A stretch of 64,000 nt of DNA from an uncultured Coriobacteriia bacterium. Its GTDB lineage: Bacteria; Actinomycetota; Coriobacteriia; Anaerosomatales; PHET01. Below the pieces are notes generated by a model. It made no database searches. It worked only from the letters and a program-made list of their open reading frames with translations, and was not told the origin of the DNA. The translations under genes and the position numbers were made by a program. Location: NCBI GenBank assembly GCA_942493275.1, contig OW818687.1, positions 1,857,918 through 1,921,917 of the forward strand, given 5' to 3'. Of the stretch, positions 40,819 to 49,566 are shown piece by piece (position 1 is the stretch's first letter; each line of letters opens with the position of its first letter).

Positions 40819-42414
40819 TCAGGACGAGCGCCGGATGAGGCGCTTTGCGACGTTGCCGATGGCCTGCCGCTCGCTCGGGCGCACCGCGCCCGTGAGCAGA
40901 GCGAGCACCGTGTAGACCACGACGCCGAGGGCCGCCTCGGCGAGCAACAGCCACACCGAGTCCTTCGGTGTGGCGAACACGGTCACGAGCAGCAGCCACA
41001 TCGCGGCGCTCGAGCCGGCGATGCGCGCCACGTCGAGCCACGGGATGTGCCACGCCATGTAGGGACGGCTGCGCAGCCACGTGACGCTCAAGAGCAGCAC
41101 GTAGGAGGCGAGCGTCGTCCACGCTGCGGCCATGTAGCCGTAGCGTGGTACGAGCACGAGGTTGAGACCGATCTGGAAGAGGGCCGCGATCAGCGTGTTG
41201 GTCATGATGATCTTCGACTTCTTGTGCAGGCTCACGCCCACGCCCGCGATCTGCGTGAGTCCGTAGCACAGCGCGCCTGCGGCCACGATCGCAAGGATCG
41301 GGTACGCCTCCTGATAGCGCTCGTTGGTGAAGACGATCATGAACTCCTCGGAGGCTGCGGCGATACCTGCGAGAAGCGGCACCGTCACCAGCAGGAAGTA
41401 GCGCGTGAACTGCGTCTGGACCTTCTCGGCCAGGTGCTGGCCCTGCTTCTCGAACGTCTGCACCATCACCGGGCCCATGGTGAGCGTCAGCGGGGCGATG
41501 AACAGCTGCATGATCTTGTCGCCCAGGCCGTAGGTGACCGAGTAAAGGCCGACTTCGGCGGCGTCTCGGAAGGCCTGGATGATGTAGCGGTCTGAGAGCA
41601 CCAGCGCCCACGATGAGATGTTCGCGAGCATGATCGGCACGCCGTATGAGAGGTACTCGGCTGCGAGTTCGCGGTTCGCCTCCTTGGGCGAGAGCGAACC
41701 TTCCTGCGCGACGCGCCGGAGCACGATCGGCAGTACGAGCAGGTTGCCGCTCAGCGTGCCCACGAGGATGCCGAGGGCGCCCGCCGAGGTCTTTGCGACG
41801 AGCGCGACGGCAATCACCGTGGTCACGATCGTGACCGTGTTCGCGATGCGCGCGAAAGACTTCGCGCGGTTGGCGGCACGTTGTATTTGTTGGAGAACGG
41901 TGACGAGTGACGCGACGAGCATCGAGGCGAGCGCGACCGGCACGAGGCGCACCAGCCCCGGCTCCAGATGGGGGAGCGCGACGAGCACGATGGCGCCGAG
42001 AACGAAGATCGCGACGAACAGCGAGGCGAGCGCGACCCACAGGGTGGTCGCCGTGAACTGGTCGCCTCGGTCTTCCTTCTCGCACGGCCAGTAGTAGCGG
42101 ATGACTGAGGGCGAGATCCAGCCCACGGCGAGCGTGGTCGCGAGCGAGGTGGCCGACGAGATCAGGTAGAAGAAGCCGTAGTCGGCCGGGTCGATGTTGG
42201 CCGTGAAGACCGGCACCGTGACGAGCGACGTGAGTGCCGGCAGGAACCGCACCGGGAAGTAGGTGAGCGCGTCAGAGCCCGCACCCCGAAGGATGCGCTC
42301 GAGGTTCACCGTCGGCAGCGGGGCCTCGGTGGGGGCTGGTGTCTTCTCGTCGCTCACGGATGGAATCGTATGCCGAGGCGGCCTACGAGCGCTTCTCCGT
42401 CGCCAAAGCGTCAT
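40819..42414 (-). CDS. Wzx-type polysaccharide flippase (MOP/PST family)
   Basis: 12 or more hydrophobic helices across the protein, with typical polysaccharide-biosynthesis-protein topology. The start is ambiguous (ATG 42414, GTG 42357 or GTG 42309) and none has a clear SD. Confidence 0.8.
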   Translation of the reverse strand: MTLWRRRSARRPPRHTIPSVSDEKTPAPTEAPLPTVNLERILRGAGSDALTYFPVRFLPALTSLVTVPVFTANIDPADYGFFYLISSATSLATTLAVGWISPSVIRYYWPCEKEDRGDQFTATTLWVALASLFVAIFVLGAIVLVALPHLEPGLVRLVPVALASMLVASLVTVLQQIQRAANRAKSFARIANTVTIVTTVIAVALVAKTSAGALGILVGTLSGNLLVLPIVLRRVAQEGSLSPKEANRELAAEYLSYGVPIMLANISSWALVLSDRYIIQAFRDAAEVGLYSVTYGLGDKIMQLFIAPLTLTMGPVMVQTFEKQGQHLAEKVQTQFTRYFLLVTVPLLAGIAAASEEFMIVFTNERYQEAYPILAIVAAGALCYGLTQIAGVGVSLHKKSKIIMTNTLIAALFQIGLNLVLVPRYGYMAAAWTTLASYVLLLSVTWLRSRPYMAWHIPWLDVARIAGSSAAMWLLLVTVFATPKDSVWLLLAEAALGVVVYTVLALLTGAVRPSERQAIGNVAKRLIRRSS

Positions 42415-43573
42415 ACACGCCGAGAAGCGCGGGTGCGTCCGCTTCGAGGTTCCAGCGGTCGAGAACCGCCTTGCGACCTGCGGCTGCGGCGGTGCGGGCG
42501 ACCTCGGGGTCACTCAGCTCGAGTGCCTCGCGCGCGAAGTCAGCCGCGTCGCCGGTGCGAAACACGCCGCCCGCCTGCGCCTCGCGCACGATGCGTGCGA
42601 GCGGCAGGCAGTCGCTGACGAGGACCGGCCGCTCGAGCGCCATGTACTGGAACAGCTTGTGCGGCACGGTGGCATCGGTGTGTGGCGAGCGGTGGTGCGG
42701 CACCAGCGCGAGCGTTGCGGTGCGGATGTACTCCATTGCCGCGTCCTTCGACAGCCAGCCGGTGAACTCGACCGCGTCGCTGAGGTTCAGCGCGGCGGCC
42801 TGTGCCTTGAGCTCGGTGAGGGTGTCACCGTCGCCGACGATCGTGAGGCGTGCGTCGGGACGCTTCGCGAGGATGGCCGGCATTGCCGCGACGGCGGTGT
42901 CGAGACCGCGATGCGCGGCCACGCCGCCCACGTACACGAGGCGCGGGCCCGCCGAGAAATCGAGTGCGGGGGGCTCGGGAAGCGCGAGCGCGAGGGGCTC
43001 GGTGTTGCCGAAGACCGCGATCTTGGCGGGGTCGGCTCCGAGACCGGCGAGTCGCTCGCGTGCCTCGTCGACGACTACGATCACGCGGTCGGCGTTCTCG
43101 ACCGACCAGCGCTCGAGCTTCTCGGCGCGCTCGGGGGAGAACAGGATGCGGTCCGCGCGACGGCGACGCCACAAGCGAAGGGCGGCGGGGTAGTTCTCGT
43201 GGAAGTCGAGCACGACCGGCACGCCGGTCTCGCGCCCGGCGAGAATCGCCGACTTCGCGTACGGCAGGTCGTGCACGTGGAGCGCCTCGGCGCCGTGCAC
43301 GCGCACGAGGTCGACCATGCCCTGGCGCCACGAAGGCGAGTCGAGCGTGGTGAGGAAGCGCCACGAGTCGAATTTGCGCGCGAGCGTGTTGCCCGGGTGG
43401 ACGCGATGGCGGACGGCGGTGACGGAGCCGACGGTCTCGACCTCGGCCTGCCCCGGCTCGCGGCGACACAGCACCAGGATCTCGTGGCCGGCTGCGGCGA
43501 GCGCGTCGGCCTCCTTCTCGATGCGGATGTCGGGTGGGAACTTGTGGTTGGCGTGCACCATGCCAATGCGCAT
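42383..43573 (-). CDS. Glycosyltransferase family 4
   Basis: Start at MRIGMVHANHKFPPDIRIEKEA.AL..AGHEI. GT-B C-terminal block F.GW........Y......L.P......D...P.KLFQYMA..RPV. Confidence 0.85.
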   Translation of the reverse strand: MRIGMVHANHKFPPDIRIEKEADALAAAGHEILVLCRREPGQAEVETVGSVTAVRHRVHPGNTLARKFDSWRFLTTLDSPSWRQGMVDLVRVHGAEALHVHDLPYAKSAILAGRETGVPVVLDFHENYPAALRLWRRRRADRILFSPERAEKLERWSVENADRVIVVVDEARERLAGLGADPAKIAVFGNTEPLALALPEPPALDFSAGPRLVYVGGVAAHRGLDTAVAAMPAILAKRPDARLTIVGDGDTLTELKAQAAALNLSDAVEFTGWLSKDAAMEYIRTATLALVPHHRSPHTDATVPHKLFQYMALERPVLVSDCLPLARIVREAQAGGVFRTGDAADFAREALELSDPEVARTAAAAGRKAVLDRWNLEADAPALLGVYDALATEKRS

Positions 43574-43641
43574 GGGGGTCCTTTCGGGAGGTGGCGGTTC
43601 GACAACGGACGGGGCTGTTATGGCTCCTCGGCGCGCTGCCC

Positions 43642-43650
43642 TGCTAGTAT
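43642..43650 (+). promoter_or_regulatory. Extended -10 candidate TGCTAGTAT placing the transcription start at the GTG of the next gene (leaderless candidate), in an 84-bp divergent region
   Basis: The hexamer TAGTAT ends 7 nt before the GTG at 43658, with no SD between them. Confidence 0.4.
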
Positions 43651-43657
43651 CCATTCC

Positions 43658-44998
43658 GTGGAAGAGAACCAGCGGCGAAACGTGCTCATTGTAGCCTACG
43701 AGTTCCCTCCCTCGGCGGGCGGGGGCGTGCAGCGCCTCGCCAAAATGGTGCGCTACCTGCCCGATTCGGGGTGGACACCGCACGTGCTCGCGGCCACGCC
43801 CGTGTGGGGTAGGCCCCAGGACGAGAGCCTGGTCGAGCAGGTCGCCTTTGCCGAGGTCACGCGTCTGCCCAACAGGAGCATCGGCGCGTCGGTTGCGCGC
43901 GCCCTGGCACCGGTGAAGGCGCTTCGCCGCCGAGGTGGCGGCAGCTCGGCAGGTGCAGGCGTCCCCGCAAAGCCCGCGGCCGCGGCAGGTGCTACCGGGA
44001 TCCCGGCCAGCACCCGGATCGTGCGCAGGCTCGGCATCGACACCGCCGAGCTGTGGGCGCGCAAAGTTCCCGCCGAGGCGCTTCGGCTCCATCGCAAGAT
44101 CGGCTTCGACGCCGTCATCGCTTCCGGACCTCCGCACTCAGCGCTGGTCGCCGGTGCGCGCGCCGCCCGCGAGATGGGCGTGCCGTTCATCGCCGACTTC
44201 CGCGACGCCTGGCGCGAGAATCCCGACTTCCGCCGTCCCGAGTCGCCGGATCAAGACGCTCGCTCGCTCGCGCTCGAGCGTGAGGTTCTCTCGGTGGCAG
44301 ACGCCGTGGTCGCGGTGAGCCAGCCGATAGCGGATGAGACGCTTGAGGAGGGCGCCACCACGGCGATCGTTGTCCCCAACGGCTTCGACCCCTCCGATCT
44401 GCCGCGCCATCGCGTGCAGCGCGGGCCGCTCACCATCGCGTTCATGGGCCGCTTCTACGGCAGCACCGACCCCACGCCGTTCTTCGACGGCGCGGCTGAG
44501 GCGGTTCGCCGAGGAGGCCCCGCGGCTGACCTGCACATCGAGGTCCTCGGCCAGATGTCCGATTTCGTGCGCGACGCCATCGAATCACGAGGGCTTGACG
44601 GCCACGTCACCTATCACGGGTACCTGCCGCACGCCCAGGCTCTCGAGATCGTGTCGCGCTCCGACGCGGGGCTCGTGGCACTGCGCGATCATGCGGGCGG
44701 CGAGGCCAACTACACCGGAAAGATATTCGAGTACCTCGGGGTCGGCCTGCCGATCCTGCTCGTGGGACCGGAGATGGGCGTCGCAGCACAGCTTGTCCGA
44801 GAAGCCCGGGCCGGCATCGCGGTGCCGTACTCGCGCCCCGACCGAGTCGCCGACGCACTTGAAGAGCTCGCGCGCCGCAAGGTGGACGGGTTCTCGGTCG
44901 TGGACCCGGTCGCCGAAGTCGTCGCACGTTTCGACCGCCGTACGCAGGCTGCGCGCATCGCCGCGCTGCTCGACGAGGTGGTGAGCGCCCGTGCGTGA
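43658..44998 (+). CDS. Glycosyltransferase family 4
   Basis: Contains VEENQRRNVLIVAYEFPPSAGGGVQR and a GT-B C-terminal half. The upstream 465 codons of the ORF-track entry are antisense to two real genes and are rejected. Confidence 0.8.
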   Translation: MEENQRRNVLIVAYEFPPSAGGGVQRLAKMVRYLPDSGWTPHVLAATPVWGRPQDESLVEQVAFAEVTRLPNRSIGASVARALAPVKALRRRGGGSSAGAGVPAKPAAAAGATGIPASTRIVRRLGIDTAELWARKVPAEALRLHRKIGFDAVIASGPPHSALVAGARAAREMGVPFIADFRDAWRENPDFRRPESPDQDARSLALEREVLSVADAVVAVSQPIADETLEEGATTAIVVPNGFDPSDLPRHRVQRGPLTIAFMGRFYGSTDPTPFFDGAAEAVRRGGPAADLHIEVLGQMSDFVRDAIESRGLDGHVTYHGYLPHAQALEIVSRSDAGLVALRDHAGGEANYTGKIFEYLGVGLPILLVGPEMGVAAQLVREARAGIAVPYSRPDRVADALEELARRKVDGFSVVDPVAEVVARFDRRTQAARIAALLDEVVSARA

Positions 44999-46379
44999 GG
45001 CGATCGCTCGCATTCCTGACTCGCGGGCGACGTGGGTCATCCTCGCGGGCGCCGCAGGCCTCGTGGTCGCGGCCGGAGCCTCGCAGCTGGGGCTTGCGGG
45101 CGCGATCGCCGCGCTCGTCGTACTCGGCGGTCTGGTCGCGGCAGCGAAAGGGGTGCTCGACGTCCGTTTCGCGCTCTCGCTCTCGCTCGTCGCGCTGCCG
45201 CTCGATGTCTACGGGCGCCTGATCGAGCGCCCGATCGCGCTCACGGCGTATCAGGGGACCCTGTTCATCGCTCTGGCTGCGTGGGCGCTCGCCATCGCGC
45301 GCGGCAAGCAGCGGCTGCCTCGTCCCAGCGCGGTCGACGCCGCCATGGCGCTCTTCGTGATCGCCGGACTCTGGTCGCTGCCGCACTCGCTTGCTCCGAG
45401 TGCCACTGCGCTCTCAATCGCGCGTCTCGTCTTCATATGGGCCTTCGTCGCTCTCATCTCCCATAACCTGCGTTCGGAGGTCGACCTCAGGACCTTCGTG
45501 AACGTGCTCATCGCCACGGGTGTCGCCGGCGGCCTGCTCGCGTTGGCGCAGTACATGGGATACGACGTCGGCAACATCCACGTGCAGGGCCCGGATGACT
45601 TCCGGGCGCTCTCGCGCGTCTCGGGATTCTTTGATGACCCGAACTACTTCGCAGGCTTCCTGACCGCATGCGCCGTTGCGGCCGCCGGGCTCTTGGCGCA
45701 CTCGAAGCGGTGGATCGACGTGCTCGTCTACGCGGCCGGCGTGGGCATCTGCTCCCTGGGCGTCGTGCTCACGTTTTCGCGCACCGCGTGGCTCGGTCTG
45801 GCGTTGGGCTTCGTGTTGGTGGCGTTCACAGCTCCCAGGCGTGTCCGGTTCGTCCTCGTCTCGGCAGGCGTCGCAGGGGTGCTGCTGTTGGTGGCGCTCC
45901 AGCCGGCCACCGTCATCGACCGGGTCGCATCGTCGTTTGACTTCCAGGGTGACGAGTCGATCTCGACGCGCATCTACATGGCTGGTTCGATGCTCGACAT
46001 GATCGAGGACAATCCGGTGTGGGGGACGGGGCTTGCGGCGTTCGACCGCGAGTATCCGTATTATCGCAACGCGTATGCGAGCAGAACCATCCTCCGGCCG
46101 CACCAGATCCCGCTCGGCCTGTGGTCCGAGGCGGGTATCGCGGGCCTGATCGCCCAACTCGGAATGCTCATCGCGGTGGGCTTCACGCTCTTTGCCGACC
46201 GCCGCAAGCGTCCGTTCTCCGCCTACGAGTCGGTCGCGTTGGCCGGCATCGTGTGCATGTCGGTCCAGTCCCTGTTCCAGTACTATCTCTATTTCGAGTA
46301 CCTGTGGCTGTTTGTGGCGCTCGCCGTGGCCGCTTCGCGGGTCGCTCGACGTGATGAGGAGGCTTCACAGCATGTCTGA
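44991..46379 (+). CDS. O-antigen ligase / Wzy-type polymerase family membrane protein
   Basis: About 10-12 TM helices. Wzy_C-like block LTFSRTAWLGLALGF, and a large loop with W.GTGLAAF. Confidence 0.8.
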   Translation: MREAIARIPDSRATWVILAGAAGLVVAAGASQLGLAGAIAALVVLGGLVAAAKGVLDVRFALSLSLVALPLDVYGRLIERPIALTAYQGTLFIALAAWALAIARGKQRLPRPSAVDAAMALFVIAGLWSLPHSLAPSATALSIARLVFIWAFVALISHNLRSEVDLRTFVNVLIATGVAGGLLALAQYMGYDVGNIHVQGPDDFRALSRVSGFFDDPNYFAGFLTACAVAAAGLLAHSKRWIDVLVYAAGVGICSLGVVLTFSRTAWLGLALGFVLVAFTAPRRVRFVLVSAGVAGVLLLVALQPATVIDRVASSFDFQGDESISTRIYMAGSMLDMIEDNPVWGTGLAAFDREYPYYRNAYASRTILRPHQIPLGLWSEAGIAGLIAQLGMLIAVGFTLFADRRKRPFSAYESVALAGIVCMSVQSLFQYYLYFEYLWLFVALAVAASRVARRDEEASQHV

Positions 46380-47133
46380 CGAGTCCCGGTTCGACCTGGC
46401 AGGCGCCGTTCGCCGCGAGTGGTGGCTCGTGCTGCTTGTCGTTGCGGTCGCCATGATCGGCACCATTCTCGCCACCTCGGGAGGCGTGGCGTCATACACG
46501 GGCAGTGCGACCGTCTACATCGACTACCCCGCGGTCAACAGGTTCCCGCCGTTGTTCTACGGCGACCGCATGCTCGAGCTCATCCAGTCCCCCGCGTTCT
46601 TCAATGCCTTGTCCGAGAAGACCGGCATTCCGGTCGAGGACATCAGAGCGAACATGCGCACCTCGGCGCAGGGCAAGTTCCTCGACAAGCTCGCGATCCG
46701 GTACACCGCTGATACTGAGGCGGAGGCCGAGGAGGCCGCCGACAAGCTCGCCGCCGCCGTCATCGAATATGCGGGTGAAGTGGGCGCAGTCGAGACGGAT
46801 CGTCAGGCCGCCGTCATCGCGGTGAATGAGGATGCGGTCGCGAAGATAGAGGTGCTTCTCGAGACCGTGCGCGCGCAGGGCGAGCCGTACCAGGAGGCTG
46901 ATCTCGTCAGCAAACTCGCGATGCACGAGGCCGAGATCATCAATACGGCCACCGCGCTCAGAGCAATCGAAGACGCCTACACGTACGACGGGGTCGTCAA
47001 GGTCGATGGCGGTACGGCATCCACTCTGCGTATCGACGCTCTTGCCGGAGCGCTGCTGGCGGGACTCGTCGCAGGTATCGGCATCGCTGCGCTGCGTGAG
47101 TGGTGGCTGCTTCGCCGCGCCAAGACGGTCTGA
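46372..47133 (+). CDS. Wzz-like polysaccharide co-polymerase (chain-length determinant); short form without a kinase domain
   Basis: The ATG at 46372 overlaps the previous gene by 8 nt. N-terminal TM (WWLVLLVVAVAMIGTILA), an Ala/Glu-rich helical middle, and a C-terminal TM (LLAGLVAGIGIAAL). Confidence 0.65.
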   Translation: MSDESRFDLAGAVRREWWLVLLVVAVAMIGTILATSGGVASYTGSATVYIDYPAVNRFPPLFYGDRMLELIQSPAFFNALSEKTGIPVEDIRANMRTSAQGKFLDKLAIRYTADTEAEAEEAADKLAAAVIEYAGEVGAVETDRQAAVIAVNEDAVAKIEVLLETVRAQGEPYQEADLVSKLAMHEAEIINTATALRAIEDAYTYDGVVKVDGGTASTLRIDALAGALLAGLVAGIGIAALREWWLLRRAKTV

Positions 47134-47141
47134 CGAGAGAG

Positions 47142-48353
47142 ATGTCTCCCAAGCTCAACGGAATCACCTTCGCGAAGCAGTTCCCCAACCCGGCGGAGCC
47201 GCTGAGAGGCCTGTTCGTGGCCGAGCAGGTCGCCGCGACGTCGTCTGAGGTCGACTGGAGTGTCATCTCGGCGGTTCCGTGGATACCCAAGGTGCTGGCC
47301 GGTCCTCTCGGTAGGCCATTCATCAAGGGCTCCGAGCGGCGCGATGGCGTCGAGGTCGCGCACCCTCGCTACCCGGTGCTGCCCAAGAGGATGCTTTACA
47401 CGACCGTCGCGCCCGCCGTCGCGACCGCGGCCCGCGCCGACTTCGAGCGGTTCGCTCGCGGCGCCGACTTCGTGCACGCGCACGCTCTGTATCCGAGTGC
47501 GGCTGCGGCTCGGAGACTCGCGGGTCCTGCTGGGCTGCCGCTCATCGTGAGTATCCACGGCTCCGACCTCTACACCAACGCCGCCAGGCCCGCGTGGAAG
47601 CGTGAGCTCGAAGAGGTGGCTCGTGACGCCGCGGCGATCGTGTGTGTGAGTGCATCGCTCGCCCGCGACGCCGTACGACTTATCGGCGCGTCTCCCGAGA
47701 AGGTCTGTGTCATCCCCGATACCTACGACGAGGCTCGGTTCAGTCTCGTCGAGCGTGATGCTCCCGACGGTCGTTCGCTACGCCTGGTGACTGTGGGCCG
47801 CCTGGTGCCGGTCAAGGGCTTCGACGTGCTCCTCTCGGCGCTTGCGACCGCAGTTGAGAGCGGCCTGGACGCGGAGCTCGCCATCGTCGGCCAGGGTCCG
47901 GAGCGCTCGCGACTGCAGGAGCGCTCAGTGGCGCTGGGGATCGCTGGGCGCGTGCGATTCACCGGTGCGCTGGCGCCGGAGGATCTCGCCTCCGAGCTCG
48001 CGCGGGCGGATCTGTACCTTCAGCCTTCGCGTGCGGAGGGGTTCGGTGTCGCGCTTGTCGAGGCGATGGCGACCGGATTGCCCGCGATCGCGACCGACGT
48101 CGGCGGGCCGGCCGACATCGTGGAGCCGAGCCTCGGCGAGCTCGTGGCCGGCGACGACGCGGCCGCACTCGCGGGAGCGCTGGCGCGCGGTCGCGATCTG
48201 GTGGCCGCCGCGGACTCGCGCGCGATCGCCGCGAGCATCGCCCGGCGGTTCGGCCGCGCGGGTGTGGCTTCTCGGCTGGTGGGACTGTACCGGGCCGTGG
48301 TGGCCGGCGCCGCCGTGCCGGACTCGCTCGCGATCAACAGGAGCGGCGCATGA
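47142..48353 (+). CDS. Glycosyltransferase family 4
   Basis: Contains HAHALYPS..AA, VGRLVPVKG and PSRAEGFGVALVEAMATGLPAIATDVGG. Confidence 0.88.
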   Translation: MSPKLNGITFAKQFPNPAEPLRGLFVAEQVAATSSEVDWSVISAVPWIPKVLAGPLGRPFIKGSERRDGVEVAHPRYPVLPKRMLYTTVAPAVATAARADFERFARGADFVHAHALYPSAAAARRLAGPAGLPLIVSIHGSDLYTNAARPAWKRELEEVARDAAAIVCVSASLARDAVRLIGASPEKVCVIPDTYDEARFSLVERDAPDGRSLRLVTVGRLVPVKGFDVLLSALATAVESGLDAELAIVGQGPERSRLQERSVALGIAGRVRFTGALAPEDLASELARADLYLQPSRAEGFGVALVEAMATGLPAIATDVGGPADIVEPSLGELVAGDDAAALAGALARGRDLVAAADSRAIAASIARRFGRAGVASRLVGLYRAVVAGAAVPDSLAINRSGA

Positions 48354-49501
48354 GCCGTCACGTGGTGATGTTGCTGTCCAACGACGCGGTCTCGGACCCT
48401 CGCGTGGAGAAGGAGGCCCAGGCGCTGGCCCAAGACGACTGGCGCGTGACCGTTCTCGCATGGGATCGCTCAGGTCAGGCCCCTGCCCGAGAAGATCGCT
48501 CGGGCTACACCATCGAACGGCATGGTCCGCCATCCATGCATGGCGGTGGCGTGAGAAACATCCCGGCTTACCGCAGGTTCTGGGCCGCCGTCGCTGCGCG
48601 CGCCGTCGAGCTCAAGCCCGACGTCATCCACTGCCACGACCTCGATACGGCTCCGGCGGGGCAGAGTGCGCACCGCAGCTGCCGCAAGGCGGGCCTCTCC
48701 ACAAAGCTGGTGCTGGACTTTCACGAGTTGTACCGCGAGAGCAAGATGGTGCCGCAGAAGGGGGCCGTTGGCATCGCCGCCCGCGCGGCGGTTCGCGTTG
48801 TCGAGAAGCGCGCGATCCCGGCCGCGGACGTGATCCTGGTGGCTAATCCCGGCACGCTTGGCTACTACGACCGTTTCCGACCGCGCAGGGTGGTCACCAT
48901 CGAGAACGCTCCCGACCTCGAGCGGTTCTCCCCGTCGGCTCCCCGCGAAGCGGGCACGCCCCTCAAGGCATGTTTCATCGGACAGAAGCGCTATACGCAG
49001 GGCCTCTACACGCTCATGGAGGCAGTGCAGCGTCACGATGACATCACCGCGCTGCTTGCGGGCGGGGGAGTGGCCGAAGCCGAGATCGCCGAGGCGGCGA
49101 AGCGCTACGAACGCGTCGAGACCATGGGCCGCATCGCTTATGCCGACATCCCGGCGCTCTACAGGGACTGCGACGTGGTGTACGCGGTCTACGACCAGGG
49201 ACTCGGAAACGTGCAGACGCTCTTCCCGGTAAAGGCGATGGAGGGGATGGCGTGCGCGGTCCCGGTCATCGTCAGCACCGGGACGTGGATCGCCGAGTAC
49301 GTCGAGGCGCACGGACTGGGCTTCGCGGTGGACGCGGGTGACGTCGACTCGGTCGAGGCCGCACTCGTGGCACTCCGAGACAACCCGGCGCTCGCCGCCG
49401 AGATGGGGCAGCGCGGCAGGGCGATCATCGAATCGGAGCTCAACTGGCAGGCGGTGGCCGAGCGGCTCCGCGCGACCTATCGGGAGCTTGCCAGCGCCTA
49501 G
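48350..49501 (+). CDS. Glycosyltransferase family 4
   Basis: ATGA overlap with the upstream gene. N-terminal VVMLLSNDAVSDPRVEKEAQALA and a GT-B C-terminal block. Confidence 0.82.
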   Translation: MSRHVVMLLSNDAVSDPRVEKEAQALAQDDWRVTVLAWDRSGQAPAREDRSGYTIERHGPPSMHGGGVRNIPAYRRFWAAVAARAVELKPDVIHCHDLDTAPAGQSAHRSCRKAGLSTKLVLDFHELYRESKMVPQKGAVGIAARAAVRVVEKRAIPAADVILVANPGTLGYYDRFRPRRVVTIENAPDLERFSPSAPREAGTPLKACFIGQKRYTQGLYTLMEAVQRHDDITALLAGGGVAEAEIAEAAKRYERVETMGRIAYADIPALYRDCDVVYAVYDQGLGNVQTLFPVKAMEGMACAVPVIVSTGTWIAEYVEAHGLGFAVDAGDVDSVEAALVALRDNPALAAEMGQRGRAIIESELNWQAVAERLRATYRELASA

Positions 49502-49566
49502 TCTGCCCGGACGGCGCCCTCAGTCTGCCGTCTTTGGGTAACTTCGACTCACCGAAGGAGGTTCCC

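Noticed and set aside
38399-40915. 838-aa plus-strand ORF
   Set aside because: It is antisense to the bi-domain oxidoreductase, whose translation has Rossmann and EKP motifs. The translation of this ORF is repetitive in Arg, Gly, Asp and Ala.
42263-43657. N-terminal 465 codons of the 911-aa ORF-track entry 42263..44998. Similar 5' extensions occur at 22810..23202, 38515..38862 and 18939..19019.
   Set aside because: The extensions overlap well-supported genes on the other strand or the preceding gene. Conserved or signal-peptide sequence only begins at the internal starts, which also have an SD or fit a leaderless promoter.
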